64,000 nucleotides of DNA from Phoronis australis (GCA_002633005.1 NMRA01000303.1:372706-436705); one strand, 5' to 3'; counted from the first letter of the stretch, positions 12,001-25,432 are shown. The notes: a model not told the origin generated them from the letters alone. A program made the numbers and translations.

Positions 12001-15000
12001 NNNNNNNNNNNNNNNNNNGGGGGGGGGGCACTTTACCCTCTATTTATGCTTTTGAGAATACTTTAAAACAGTTTTATATCACGGAGAAATATATTTTTGG
12101 AAAGAATAGACAGCTTCATAGATTTGGAGATAGATGGTCAAATTTTACCCATGCTGTCTAAGACTAAGCGTGGCTGAGTTATTGGAAATAAATGTTTTAA
12201 ACGTAAAAATATATGTACATAAAGCAAACTCGATTAAAACATTTTCATAATTTTACTGTGTAGTCAGAAACAAACATCATCTGTAAATTTTGCCTAGCAT
12301 TTAACTTAGCACATTAATACTCAGTTCTAGTGTTGTAGAAAACATATATTCCAGACATGATAATTAAAACTGCCATGTCTACTTAACATACAGTAGAGTG
12401 AAGCTAGTTATTACACAAAACTAAATTGTCATGGGTGAATCCAGGACACTGTAGAAAACTTATCAAAATCGATGGTGATTAATTCCGAAGGTCTACAAGT
12501 ACGAAGGTATACCAGTCTGAAAATGAAAAGTTTGTTATCAACTAGGCCTACTTCAACAATATAACGTGTCGAATTCCAGCAACTGCTTAAATCAGCTTTT
12601 AGACGCCTGACTAGTTCCTTCAAAATCGACCACTTCCTCTTGGCACGAGGCTCACAACGGTTATTATCAAATAAAATGTTCCGGAATTTACCAGCGCTTA
12701 GTCTGAGTATCCGACGACCAAGTGCCCCTTAAAACGTTCCAAACGAGAGCGCTCGGAGGAGCGACACTTGGCAAAATTAAGCGAAAAGACGGCGCAGTTG
12801 TAGTGATTGTGTGCTATAATAATTGTACCAATTTTCAGCCCTATACGTCGAAAAATGCGGCCTCTATGAGCAATCTCTTCATGGTCTTGTTCAATAAAAG
12901 CTAAACCAACATCAGTGCAGCAAGACGGTCAATAAAGGAACAGCGCTATCAGAAAATCCCAAATAAATAAAAAAGTAGACGTCCTAGCGAAAAATTAGAA
13001 ATATCTTCTGAAAGCCCGTTCAAAATTTTATCTAACCTGGCAGTTTTGTAACATTCCATAAATTTTTTGAAAAAAATGAATTTTTTTGAAATAACTCGAG
13101 AACGGTAAGTCTGATAAAAACGTTATCGCAGAACTTTTGAAAGAGCATACTTCAAGGAATCCACATGCAAAAATTCACGTCATTTTCTCTACCTTATCCG
13201 ACTTACAGACCGCACTTATTGCCATTCGTCGGACTTGTTCGGACTTGTGAACTTTCGTTTTTTAAATGTTTTTTGAAAATGCTTGCGTTTTTCAGACTTA
13301 CGGAATTTCATGTAAACCTTAGGACTATCGAGAGTTACCCAATTCCACCCATACTTGGCGGTACATCTGTCTAACCTGATGAAACAGGAAGGTTGAGCCA
13401 GGGATTTAATCATTTAACAGAAAATTGACCTCTGAATTAAATCGACCTTGATGACCGAGACACAGCTTGATGACACAGGCGACTCCAAATATTGCACTTT
13501 TCATAACTGTACAAAAGTATTTAAATTCGTTTAAACACAGGCTGTATAAAAATTGGAACTCACGTTATAGGGAGAACTGCTCCAATACGGCTGCTTGCAG
13601 CGCCACCATTGCCGGATATCCTATGTGTACTACTGGAAAGCAGTGCGTAGTTGGTCACCTCAAATGAGGACGCGGAGTCTCCGGCAAATTCGTTATATTT
13701 CGGGGTAGGGCAAAATCGTGCAAAGTTCTGCGCTGATTGACGAAAACTCAACCGTTGGAAGTCGTTTTTTTATTTCCCTACTAAGGGAGGGTCACAGGAC
13801 CTAGGAATGGAAGAGTATCTATTTTCAGTGGTTGGTTTTCCGGCAATAGACGTTTTATATTGAGGACGCGGAATCTCCGGCAAATTCGCTGTGGTTCGGG
13901 GTAAGACAAAATCGTGCAAATTTGTGCGCCGATTGACGAAACTCAACCGTTGGAAGTCATTTTTTTCTATTTCCCTAACAATGGAGTGCCAGAGGATCTA
14001 GGAATGGAAGGGTATTGATTTTCAACAATTGGTTTTCCGGCAATGGACGTTTTAAGTGAGGACGCATAGTCTCCGGCAAATTCACCGTGGTTCGGGGTAG
14101 GGCAAAATCGTGCAAAGTTCTGCGCCTATTGACGAAAACTCAACCGTTGGAAATCGATTTTTCTTATTCCCTACTAAGGGAGGGCCAGAGGACCTAGGAC
14201 TGGAAGGGCATCGATTTTCAATGGTTGGTTTTCCGGCAATAGACTTTTTAAACGGTATGAATACGCAGTTGAGTTTCGCGGAAAATCTCATAAAGTAGGC
14301 TTAACAATCAATTCTCGTGCCAGCTGAAAACGGAGTCTACTCATCTTTGTCTGTTTATAGAAAACTTTCGTACTCTGCTCAAGCAGTATCGAGTGACTGG
14401 AGTTTTTGCAAGTATTGCCACATCAGTTAGTGAAAATTAACGGCCTTACGGAGTCATAACTGACTTAGAATGGTTTGTCTTAAACTGAAATCTAATCGAC
14501 AGGAATGTCGGGACCTGCAGGTCTGGCCAAAAATATTCAAAACAGTAATAGTCATAACAATAGCAATCACAGTAACAGTGCGAATAACGATATAAAAATA
14601 AAAATTGCGGTCTGGTACACGTTGTGGTGAGCAGACTGCTAAGGTAGGTCCGCAGCAGTAATCTCCTGAAACCATTTTTTATATTTTATTAATGCATATA
14701 TAAAACCTAAATGAGGATGTAAAGACTTCAGTTAAGGAAGTGGCCAGTTATTCCACTAAGCCACACTGCTTCCATCTATAACTGAATAACAATAAAAATA
14801 GCAACAAAAAATAACAATAGAAATAACGACGGCAATGATAATGATAATGGTAAAGAAATGACAAAAGTCTAGTAAGAGATATGGCAATAATAATAACAAT
14901 CACAATGATACCAATAACAAAGTAATAGTAATAAAACCATATTATTCGAATACTTGCAATTTACACTTACTATTTTGCAGCGCAACACTTTCCAGCTTGT

Positions 15001-17583
15001 CCTTGTGTCAGACGGGCCAAGGACCTTCGGCTTCAAGATTTACGACAAGCTTCAATGGACGACTGGCACCGCCAGCGGGGGCTCTGCAAACACGGGACTG
15101 GGCGGAGTTAAAGCTTCGGTGAGTATACGGCGATTTTAAGTCCAGTCAACAACGGTTGTTTAACATATTTTTACCAGTCAGATCGAATTACGAGACAGCT
15201 AAAGGGTTTTCCATGTCGTTTCTGGCTCATCAGGCCTGTAACCAGTTATTGAAAAGGGATGATGGAGGAGCTAGAGAAAATTACTTTCTAAAGACTGAAA
15301 CTTTTTGAAATTTAAAGTACGTTTCATATTGCAACACATTTTTACTGTTTACAAACACCCGCGTTGATATTTAATGTAAAGTTGTTAATAAGCATTCTGA
15401 CTTTATTTGCACGACGCGACACGGTACTCTGGTAATAGTCACCACTGAATAGGTTTAGCAGTTACCATTGTTAGCTTATCGATTGTGCAAAACGGTTTAG
15501 GCCATTCAGGATGCGGGTTTGTAAAAGTATGCCGCTGGTTGGCCGAGATCATTCGATTATTTGATTCAGCGAGGGATTTCAATCACTTGTATTTAAAATT
15601 AAACAAAGATTGAAAACGTTATAAGCTGCCACACTAGTTTGGTTTGAAGAAATGTTAGTTAAAAGTAAATGACTTCATTTTTTCAAAAAATACTCTAATT
15701 CTTTTATATTTATTAGAATTTGCCATGTTGACCAAAAACGCCTTAAAAGGACTAAAGACCTATTATAAATGCCAAAATGGTTCACGTGATAACCACTGTA
15801 CAAGAATCTATTGAATTCTTCTTTCCAGATTGGGTTTTCCAAATCCTACAACAGCAACAAGTGGTACCAGGTACCCGGATTTTCTTTCAGTTCTAACGCA
15901 CTCGACATGACGCAAGTGACCAACATACAGGGTCCATTCGTTTCGCCATGGCCCGGATGTTGGCTGGACCAGTATGATCTTGTTGGAACAAAAGGTAACT
16001 AACACGTTGACAGGGGCAGTTCCAGGTTGCATTTACTAGGAACCGTCAAATACCAATTTTGAGGCGATTTTAGTAATTGAACCTTATTTTTAATTTTCCT
16101 CAAAATTTAATCGGCTCTGCGAAATGTTGTTTTAACAACTTGGCGATGTGAAATAAGACCTTTTCTTTCTTCATCGATTTTTCATGGTGATAAATTTCAG
16201 TGGTTTCCTGCTGGGTGTGGTATAAGACACCGAGCACCATCATAGAACTGGGCTTTGTTACGTAGATGAAAGAAACTTGCGAAGCACTTGTGGAACGAAA
16301 ACAATGAATTGCATCCATATTCCAGCATTCCAAACCGACCAGTCACTTCAGTCGCTGCCATTTTACTAGGCTACGCTAGTGAAGTCTCGGGCATTCGCAA
16401 ACCACTCAATTTTCACGCAAGTGATTTTTCGAAGTTTTGTGTGACCAATTTTTTTCGCGAGTTTTTCAAGCTGCCCTTGAACTGCGACGCGGAGGCATTA
16501 TGAGAAGTTTGAACCAGTATTTGATAACAGTGACGTAGTATTTAGTGAATAATGTCAATCTTCCACCTTCGCTCAACATCGTTTGAGTATGGATTAGCTA
16601 TACCCGAAACAGGTTTACTGAATTCACCTTTTCTAGCCAACCGTATTCTGGAAGACCCATTTTTCAACTCCATAACCTGCGGCAGTGTGAACCAATTTAT
16701 GAAATGTCAAATGCGTTTGAAGTATTGATAATTTTTATAGTTAACCCACAGTAATCGTTAGTCTTTATAGCTTGAACTGATACGGACTAAGTAGCCGTAA
16801 TTCACAAAAATTTTGGAGTGAACACAACACTCAAATACTTGGGAGTGGAAACCACTTCGAGTTTTTCATTTCCGAAGTACCATCTCTCATAATTTCTCAA
16901 AGCACCCTGAAAAAATGACTTTGGTCTTAATAAATTTAGCGACATACCTTATTTCTGGCCAAATGTGTCTCTAAAACGAATAAAAGTTTTTGCAATTTTT
17001 AAATTGCAAAAACTTTTATTCGTTTTAGTTAAAACTGATTAGTCTGCATACAAAGCGGAGAACAATACTATCGCATCAGGGACATTTCGACAGACAAAAA
17101 ATGCCATAACCATTACTTGAATGAATACATTTTATGAATTTGTTTGAAATTAATTCTCTCTGTGTCTCCCCCTCCCTCCCGCTCTATCTCCCCCTNCGTG
17201 GGCTAAGACATCTGGTTGGTTTGTGGACCACAACTTGTCATTAACTGGGAACCATTCAGATGTCTTAGTCAGTTGAACGGCTGAACCGGCTGAATGAGTC
17301 AAGTGCAACAATTGTACAAAACACATTATTCGATTTTTGTCTGCTTTCAGCTTCGATTATGAACTGTCTCCGTGACCAAAAATGCTGCGTCATGCAGGGC
17401 AATCGTTATCAACCAAATATACCTGGATGCACGAAATTTTACCAATGGGATTACCTCAACTCGACCCCTTTTACCGGTCCTCAGAACTGTGGAACAGGCA
17501 CCATCTTCGATACATTCCCAACAATTTGCACGTGTAACCACAAGGCTAACGTTGACGATGCTACTTGCATGTCCATGCTATGA
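9049..17583 (+). CDS. Secreted NIDO-domain + CBM14/peritrophin-A-like protein, paralog 1 (379 aa, 6 coding exons)
   Basis: join(9049..9124,9736..9959,11022..11324,14981..15118,15829..15994,17351..17583). All introns GT-AG, phases 1,0,0,0,1, open frame of 1140 nt. Signal peptide [22 protein letters not shown]; NIDO-type motifs [63 protein letters not shown]; C-terminal [28 protein letters not shown] at 17617-17622. Confidence 0.9.
11530..12170 (+). mobile_element. L1/Tx1-like LINE 3' fragment spanning the N gap (intron 3 of paralog 1)
   Basis: Sequence on both sides of the gap aligns collinearly with 60440-60636 (..AKYHI..RF..PSI.AF..W). Confidence 0.7.
11636..12018. other. Assembly gap (383 N) bounded by poly-G runs
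   Basis: Seen directly. Confidence 0.99.
13665..14250. repeat. 196-bp tandem repeat, 3 diverged copies (intron 3 of paralog 1)
   Basis: Units begin tgaggacgc..tctccggcaaattc at 13665, 13861 and 14057. Confidence 0.9.
16971..17028. repeat. Perfect palindrome, 28-bp arms, 2-nt spacer
   Basis: ctaaaacgaataaaagtttttgcaattt-tt-aaattgcaaaaacttttattcgttttag. Confidence 0.95.
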
Positions 17584-20250
17584 GATTATGTAGATTTACT
17601 CAGTGTATGAAGGCAAAATAAATTGAGTATGCTACAGTGTCATAAACGCGGTGAATGAGTTCACTTTATTAGTGTCATGCTTTAAAATAGCCTGGTTCCG
17701 GGGTCCCTGGTACACTTTTTAAAGGACTGTTTTAAAATCCCTTGTTGAAAATGGGTAGTGGCTAGCCCACTGAGTGAAGTGCTTGAATTTCATCATCTTA
17801 CTTCAAAATTCACCGAAACATCAATTTCTTAGAGGCTTGTTTCACATTGGCAAAAATCACTTAATGCATTCTGCTGTTTTTGGTAAGATGCTAGAAATGT
17901 CCCGAATTTCCGAATGTTCGCTGAAGGATCATGCAATTCTCACACTTCTAATAATTATTGAACTCTCCTATAAATCAGCTGATTTTGTAGATTCTGAAAC
18001 ATGGAAATGCTACTAAACTCTACCATGTCTTCTGCATAGTCTTCTCATAAATGCTATTAAACTCTACCATGGCTTCTGCATAGACCTCTCATGAATTCGG
18101 AATGACACATGCTCTTGCAACAGCACCCCAATATTCATTGAAAAAAACAAAGAGAACATCAATACACGAATAAATAATTTACAGTTATTCCCGGATTTTC
18201 GATCGGAACATCCGTCATAGACAGGAAAGAGAAATCTAAAGCAACTGGCGGGCAAACGTATGGAAAGGTGGGAAAATTAGTAAACAATTGCAGAGACTCC
18301 TGTTACATACCGCATCAAGTTCAGACACAAGAGATCAAGCATACGACTTAAGAATGTGTTTTCGGGGTGTCCAGCTCATACTCGGGCTTTCAAATTTAAT
18401 GATCAATGCTTCTGACTTACTGCGCGCAGCATCACTCTCACACTCTAACAGATACACGTGTGCTCAACAATCTCTGCCACTTTTCCTTCCGTCACCCTCT
18501 AGCTCAGCCTGGTGTCAGTGCATCATTCGGATTGTTGCCATGCTCTAGGAATCTATGTTGGGCATATGGGTTGCACATTATTTAGACGACTGTCAGTACA
18601 TCTCCAGTCTTGATCAATTTAAGAACACCTTTTAAATCACCACGGAAGGAGAATTTCCAGAACCGAAATACACTGACAGGAAACGCAATGTCATTAAAGA
18701 ATGAAAAAAAGTGACAGTTGTTTCCATTAGCGGGCCAACCTCCTTCCATCATGGGATATCCTCCCTTAACATAAAATGCTGTACGGCTTCAAGAGTACAG
18801 AAAAAGTGAGGCCACTGACTCCATAACTGCGGACCCCCTCTTTGAAACAAAGGATGTAAACAAGGAAAAGGAAGAAAATGTTAGCCAAGGATGTCATCAG
18901 CAGGCCCCATCCAAGAATTGGGATTTACATCGGAAGATAACAGAAGGTAGAAAAGAAAAGAAAGACACAAGAGTCCATTATCCCTCGCCATAGAGAGGTT
19001 CCTGGAGAACTAAAGCTTTGCAGTCTTGAGTTTTAACAAGAATTAATCAATTTATCCTGGAAAATCTGTGCAAAGCAAATTTCCTCGAACTTTTGTGACG
19101 TATAGACGAACACGAACAAGAGCATAATGTAAAAGCAGAGTAGACGACCCGTTGGCCTACTTCAAAACGTTAGAGGCCTCCTGTTAGATATGTCCCATCC
19201 AGGTTCCCTATAGGTAAATTAAGAGCTGGAAGTTGACAAATGTCATTTTCTATTCTTTTCTGTTGAACATATTATGTTTTGTCATTTCTTTTGCCAATCC
19301 CGTCCCCCACGCCTGCGTCCGTCACCGCGAAGATTTTACAAATGTACCTTCACTCCGGTAAATCATTGGAGAGCATGTACCACCCAGTATCCCTGCTTCT
19401 CACCTCCCTGTTTAGTGGAGACGCTGTCCCCAACTTCATAAGTGGGGTACAAGGCATGATTGCGCCATGTTCTCGCTTCGTACACCTACAATGAGTCTCC
19501 CAGAAGGCTTACAACGCTGATTAGTATCTTACATTGAAATATCTAAGCCTCGGAACGCTTAGTTCCCACTAAAGTTCCAAAAAGAAAAGGAAAGCGGTGC
19601 TGGTTATAGAATCCGACTGGCGAGGCTAACTTCGGAAAGGAAAATATCAGCGAGACGAAACAGCATCTTGGTAAGAGATTTTCGCAACATAGGAAGTACA
19701 ACGCTAATGGACTGAAACGGTCAACATGCAACCGCACCGTATATAAACTAAAACACAGTGACGTCAGGAACGACAATCTATTAAAAACTTGTACACGACG
19801 CACGCAATTTTTCAAATTTATTTATTACACCCATTCAAAGGAGACGGGTTGCCCACGCAATGTAAGTCGGCATAAATCAAGAGTTGTCCAAAAGAATAGA
19901 TTCATTATATTTATGTTAACAATGATAAACAAGTGCATGGCAAACACAAGCACGGATGCAATGCAATAATGTCAAGTGTTTAAACGTCCTTAAAAAGGTA
20001 CAGTCAGTCAAATACAGCTTTGTCAACATTAACTTGAAAGGTACTCTTGTCGAGAAACTAAAATATTGCACTGCTGTAGGACACCATTTCACCTTCAAAC
20101 ATGTTAATCACGCAGAAGTGAAAGGATGCTCATTTTACTATAATAATAAATAAAAATAATGCGCTTTTAATAAACGTTGTCTATTACTTCAGACGTGACA
20201 CTCCGCAGCTCTCATGTCGTTCGGAAAAAGTGAAACTGCCTAGATGCTCA

Positions 20251-20407
20251 CAGTGAAGGATTTAGAGGGGGCCAACAGGGCCATGGCCCCCCTAAAATTC
20301 ACGCAGATTCCATATGGCAGTTGGGGGCTGCGAATGTCTGACGGGCAAAATCCTGGCTAATACTCTGTCGTGGCACCCCCTAACTAGAAATCCTGGATCC
20401 GCCCCTG
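20251..20407. mobile_element. MITE family 1 (CAGTGGCGGAT..ATCCGCCCCTG), 5-bp TSD gctca
   Basis: Terminal inverted repeats, identical 5-bp flanks, and a core (ccat.tggcagtt...gcgaatgtctgacgg) shared with the copies at 31874 and 62503. Confidence 0.8.
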
Positions 20408-20460
20408 GCTCACAGGCTACACTCACTTCGCCGGTTGCGCCGTTCAACTGACTAATACAT

Positions 20461-20617
20461 CTGCTTCCCGTTCAGTAACGCTAGGACCTCGCTAAAAAGC
20501 AAGACTTCGCGAGATTACGTGAGATATTGCAGTGCATTTTAAATGAGATCACGTGACTTTGACTAGGTTTTAGCTAGGTCCTAGCGTAGGTCCTAGTGTC
20601 TACTGAACGCACGCCTG
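20461..20617. mobile_element. MITE family 2 (~155 bp), copy 1
   Basis: Inverted ends cgttcagtaacgctaggacct ... aggtcctag.gtctactgaacg; near-identical copies at 30258 and 53013. Confidence 0.8.
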
Positions 20618-21339
20618 ATTTGTTGTTGATGACGACTTCCGGCTTACTGACCAATCAGGGTCTCTTTCATCAAAAGTGACTTGAGGCGTAAGGCAGAAAT
20701 TTGTTCTTTCGATCAACACAAGTATTTATGAAAAATAAGCTAAATCATCTGTGCAAAAATCCAATCTCTTGGAACACACACATAATTGCTAGTTACTAAC
20801 ATCATTTATAGGAATTATTTTTAGACAGTGCTGCCTCCATAGTTCCTTGTGAAGTAGGTGCGTAGGATCAAAACATTTTCAGTCACTTTGATTGAATCAA
20901 ATCCTTGGAGTCTCAGCCGGTTGATCACGTAAGCGTTCTCTATGTAAGCGTAGTTTCATGGAAGAAAAGCAAAATCTCGCACGATCTCGCAAAATCAAGC
21001 AAATCAAACGAGTGTGCCGAGCGTGTGCTAGAAAAATGGCGATCGCTCATGTGGCCGGAGTGTTGAATTTTGAGATTGAATTCACAGAAAAAAAATGAAC
21101 CTTTTTCACAGCAAATAAAGGGTAATGTCTTGAGGTCCACGGGACCCTGTCACAGTGGAACCGGCAAGGTGAATCAAGTGGAGCCACACTAAAACAAGCA
21201 ATAGCAATGCAAAACGTAGAAATACACACAACTTCAACGCAAACGGGATCCTTCGTGGTAAGTTTATTAACGACATAAAATGGTCTATGGGTGGCGAGCA
21301 ATTCATTTATGTCATACCCAACGGAGCTAAAGGAAAGAC

Positions 21340-22270
21340 GTCGCTGTCTCCCTATAGCCAAATTTTATGAGAATCCGCACAAAACCTTCAAAGATACAGA
21401 GGCAAACGTAAACACATAAAATTGCCACAGGGAGGCGCACAGCGCCAAAGAAATCATTTTCTGTATTCACGTTCATTAGGTATACATTTGTCAAATTTCA
21501 CAAAGATCATGCAAGAGTTTGGGAGATTCGGTCGTTGATGGACACCAGGGGGCAGAACAGTAGTCAGTTCTCTGGAAAACCATTTCAGTGGTACTCTTCT
21601 CAGCAGGCAAACATCTGCCACCTTTCTTAACGATCCTTTGTCAGATAGAGAGTCTGCACTAAAGCAGACTCGAAAATAATACAAAATGGCTACTAGGTTG
21701 TGCACAGTGAATTTAATCCGTCCACAAATAGAACGGCATAGTCGTCTCATTAATAAAAAACTTATTTGCTGAAGCTCATGAAAATCTGTCTAGGAGCTTT
21801 GAAGACGATATAGAGGTAAACGTAACAAAATAATACGTCCCCTAGGAGACGCAGCAGTAGTCAGATCCGTTAAGAAATCGTCATCAGTTATTGGCACAAT
21901 TAGTTAATATCACAAAAACCCTGCGACAGTTACAGGAGACTCAGGCGTTGACGCACACTTTGACAAAATAAATTGCCATAGGCGGCACCACGGTAGTCAG
22001 AGCCGTCCGAAAAACAAGGTCAGCCGTGATCTCACCAGGAACACATCAGCCAGTTTAAACAATGGTCCGTTAAGTGGTTTGGCAGAACATCACACCAAAC
22101 CCGTCCAAAACGTAACGGCTTTGTTGTCTCCTAAAAAACATATTGTCAAATTTCGTGAAAATTCGAGAAAGACACCTGATAGTGTAGGAAACGGTAAAAT
22201 AGAATTTCCCCTAGGGGGCACAGTGGCAGTCGGATCCGTCCGAAAGTCGCAGTCATCCGTTATGTCTCGA
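21340..22270. repeat. Degenerate interspersed repeat with recurring cc.ctagggggcgc..cagtagtcagatccgtc sub-repeats
   Basis: Motif recurs at ~21425, 21545, 21840, 21978 and 22208. Related motifs at 34335-34455 and, inverted, 55785-55815. Boundaries approximate. Confidence 0.5.
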
Positions 22271-24957
22271 TCATACAGTGTAACGCTAATATTTGTAGAT
22301 GGAATAACAATATATTCCCTGAACAATTATTTATTTTTATTAAATGCACTGTTTATTTGCTTAGGCGGTTGCACCCTGAATTTCCCAAATGATGGACTAA
22401 AATTTTATAATATGATAGACCAAGGATTTTCCAGGACAAATGATACAATAGAACCAGAATAGTCTACGCCCGATTAGCTACTACGAATCTGTCCCATATC
22501 TAAATGAAATGATTTTGGCAAAAAAGCTTTGTTGTTAGCTCCACAACGTAACTACAGGTACAGTACACATGTATATACATCCTAAGTCATCTTTTAAGTG
22601 GATAAGATTCTTGTTTTCATTTGGCGACAAAGTAGGAGACCACACAGTTAAGCATTCATCATTACTCCCACATAATCATGCACAAACGGCAGTGTGGCTT
22701 TTTATCAAAAACAGGACATTCATTTTAGACCGCGACTGAAGTGTAGGGATCACTGATGCGTCCGTTCCCTTGAAACACGTATGTACTGCAATGGAAAAAC
22801 ATGTTCGATTTTTTGTTTTTGTTTTAGTAGAAATAATTTAAGTTCAAAGGTATGTCGATTGAACACTTCAAGGAAGAGCGCATAGGCGGTATCAATTTAA
22901 ATATCAAGTTCCAAATTTTGAGCCAATGAAAGACCGGAGTCTGACTAAATCCGATTTTCTTCAGTATTTAGCTGATAAAAAAGACAAGTGAATCAAGCCA
23001 CTTTCATGTGATAAGACTTGATTTCCGTCACCAACAAGAACATCGAAACCACCAGTGATTGAAGATGAGGACGCTTCATAGGATATTGAGAGCTCGAAGA
23101 AGTGTAAGTTGGCTCATTCGGCAACATTTCACAATATGTATGTCTATAGAAACAAAAGCGTTTACCTACGCATTTTCGGAGTTCCTTGACAGAATTTCAA
23201 GAAGTTCGGTAAGTTAAAAAGTATCTATCACAGCTCCTGTTTCAGGCGGATTTGACCTACATTGTGGCCCATAGTTGCTTTTTTATTGTTTATATTATGG
23301 AGTGTTATTTTGACATGTATATGTGATTGCGTAAAGTGCCAGTAAATCTTACATTTTCGCTACTTATTTTTATCTACTTCACTTATTTTAGCCCTGAAAT
23401 TTAATTTCCCGTGTCCGTATGTTCTGCATTCAATCTCAGGTAAGTAACCGTAAATACGTAGCTAAAGAACACTCAAACAGCACGGATCTTAGAAAACACA
23501 ATGAAAAACGCGTTTTTTTTTTAAAACATTAGTATTTCGCCAGCAACTTTGATTGACTGCAATTCAATAACGGTTGTGTACGCTTTTTGATTTTTCTACG
23601 CCAACCACATGAAAATGACAATTTGATGAGATGAAAAATAGTCTCGGTTTTTCTATAAAAAGAAGATCGTTGAATTAATTTTGTAGTACATCGTAGAAGA
23701 ATTGTAAGTATGAATTCGAGTTGTGAAAATGCACTTTACGGTTACATGCATGTAGGAACCTAGATTAATGTCTAAATTTTGCTAACTTTGGAATATCATA
23801 TTTCATAAATACTTGTAGCTTACCTTATTAGCACGAAACTTTCCGATACTATGCTTTATGTTCCGTTCTATAAATTGCTATAGTAATTATTTTTAGAATA
23901 TTTCACTTTTGCACGAGGGCTATGAAAAAGCTCAAAAATTTGCATAAATGAAAACAAAATGATAATTCATCTAGAATGTTTGCATGCGTAGCAAACGAAA
24001 ATTGTCCGTGTTATGTATACCACTGTCAACGAACCTTTCTGTTTGATAAACTTACTAAAATGATACGGCCCTGTGCATGACCCATTGAAAGACAAATTGG
24101 TGAAAGGCAAAAATCAAATTTTAAGATATTTTTACTTCCTATAGATATGTACATTTATTGAGTTAAAATTTATAGTTTTGAAGACATTTTGGCTTAATAG
24201 TCAGACTTGTCGATAAGTTCCTACAAAACCTCACAACAGGTACCCTTTAAACAAACTGTACAATGTGCAAGGAGATTCTTACATGTATGTTTAACGGCAA
24301 ATTTATATGTTTTTCGCAGTATCTCTTTGAATCAAGGTTTCAGAGAATTTGAAGGAAAAGAGCACAAACACGAGGGAATTAACTTGTTTCGTGTTTTAGC
24401 TAAAGGCGATTTTAATTCATTTGCAAATGCACTGTGGTGAGTGGAGAATGTGTTCCACGACAACATTCCAAGACAAAAATATAACGGAAATACGTAAAAC
24501 GTGTTTGCGTAAAAGCTATCGCTGCATAGGCTTTTGTAACATCTGCAGTTTGTCTTGCAACCCAATGTCCAAAACCTTTTCCTGAATATCTCTTATCTAT
24601 AGGTACATTTGTATCCTTGCTTTGTACATTTGTGTATAAACGATGCCCCATGCTCACAAAAATATTCCCATTTTCCAGCGCAAAGAAATTGATTTACTGA
24701 GAAATAATGATATTTTTCTCAGACTTAGAACCTCGAAACTTGTTTTTTCAAGATATACACGTAACAAAAGAGAAGGAACACATATGATTCTAAAGAGATA
24801 ACACTAGCTAATCAATTTCTCCTGCGAAACTGAACCTCTCACTTCTTACACACTGTCCACACAACGGCCACTTTTCCTTCAACTGCTGCGTCATTGGCCC
24901 ACATTTCACACAGTTCTCATTTTAGAAAAGTTAGGACCACTGCTGTTAATCGATCTC

Positions 24958-25014
24958 CGCATAAATCAGCGTATAAATCAGCGTATAAATCAGCGTATAA
25001 ATCAGCGTATCAGC
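24958..25014. repeat. 12-bp tandem repeat (cgtataaatcag) x~4
   Basis: Seen directly, ~420 bp upstream of the paralog 2 ATG. Confidence 0.9.
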
Positions 25015-25432
25015 TGCGCTGAGGAATCGCCGTTGCCTGCAATGTAACTGAATGTCTTATTGGGTTTGTTGTCAAAACACAACTATGTTTTTCTTTGAAA
25101 ATTTCCTGACTTTTGTGCATTGGAGTACAAAAACTACCATTTGCTCCCCCTGAGAACAGTTCTCGGTACTCTTATTTAACAGCAGTAGGTGTTCTGAACC
25201 GTTATACATGTATCAGCATCTTTATTGATTTATATGCAACTAGTCTAGTTCCAGTCACCTTTGTGCATGGCTTCCTCACGAAGCTACTATCCTACGCTCA
25301 TGTGCCTATGGCCATCACAAAGCTGAATGCCGTGCCCCAATCGAAAGATCTGGACGTTATTGCCGCACAATACTGACGATGCCTATGTTGTAGAGTACAT
25401 TTTGTTTCCTCATTTACAGAACAATCGTCATA

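Noticed and set aside
11477-12066. Long ORFs of 184 and 160 aa
   Set aside because: They are artefacts of translating through the N gap.
13665-14250. Tandem repeats (also 5786-5936 and 2583-2722) as a CRISPR-like array
   Set aside because: No unique spacers, no cas genes, and a eukaryotic intron/TE context.
18288-19500. Possible retroelement remnant (AHYLDD at ~18573-18590; SLDQFK CR1-like tail at ~18606)
   Set aside because: Only isolated short motifs, with no extended reading frame I can support.
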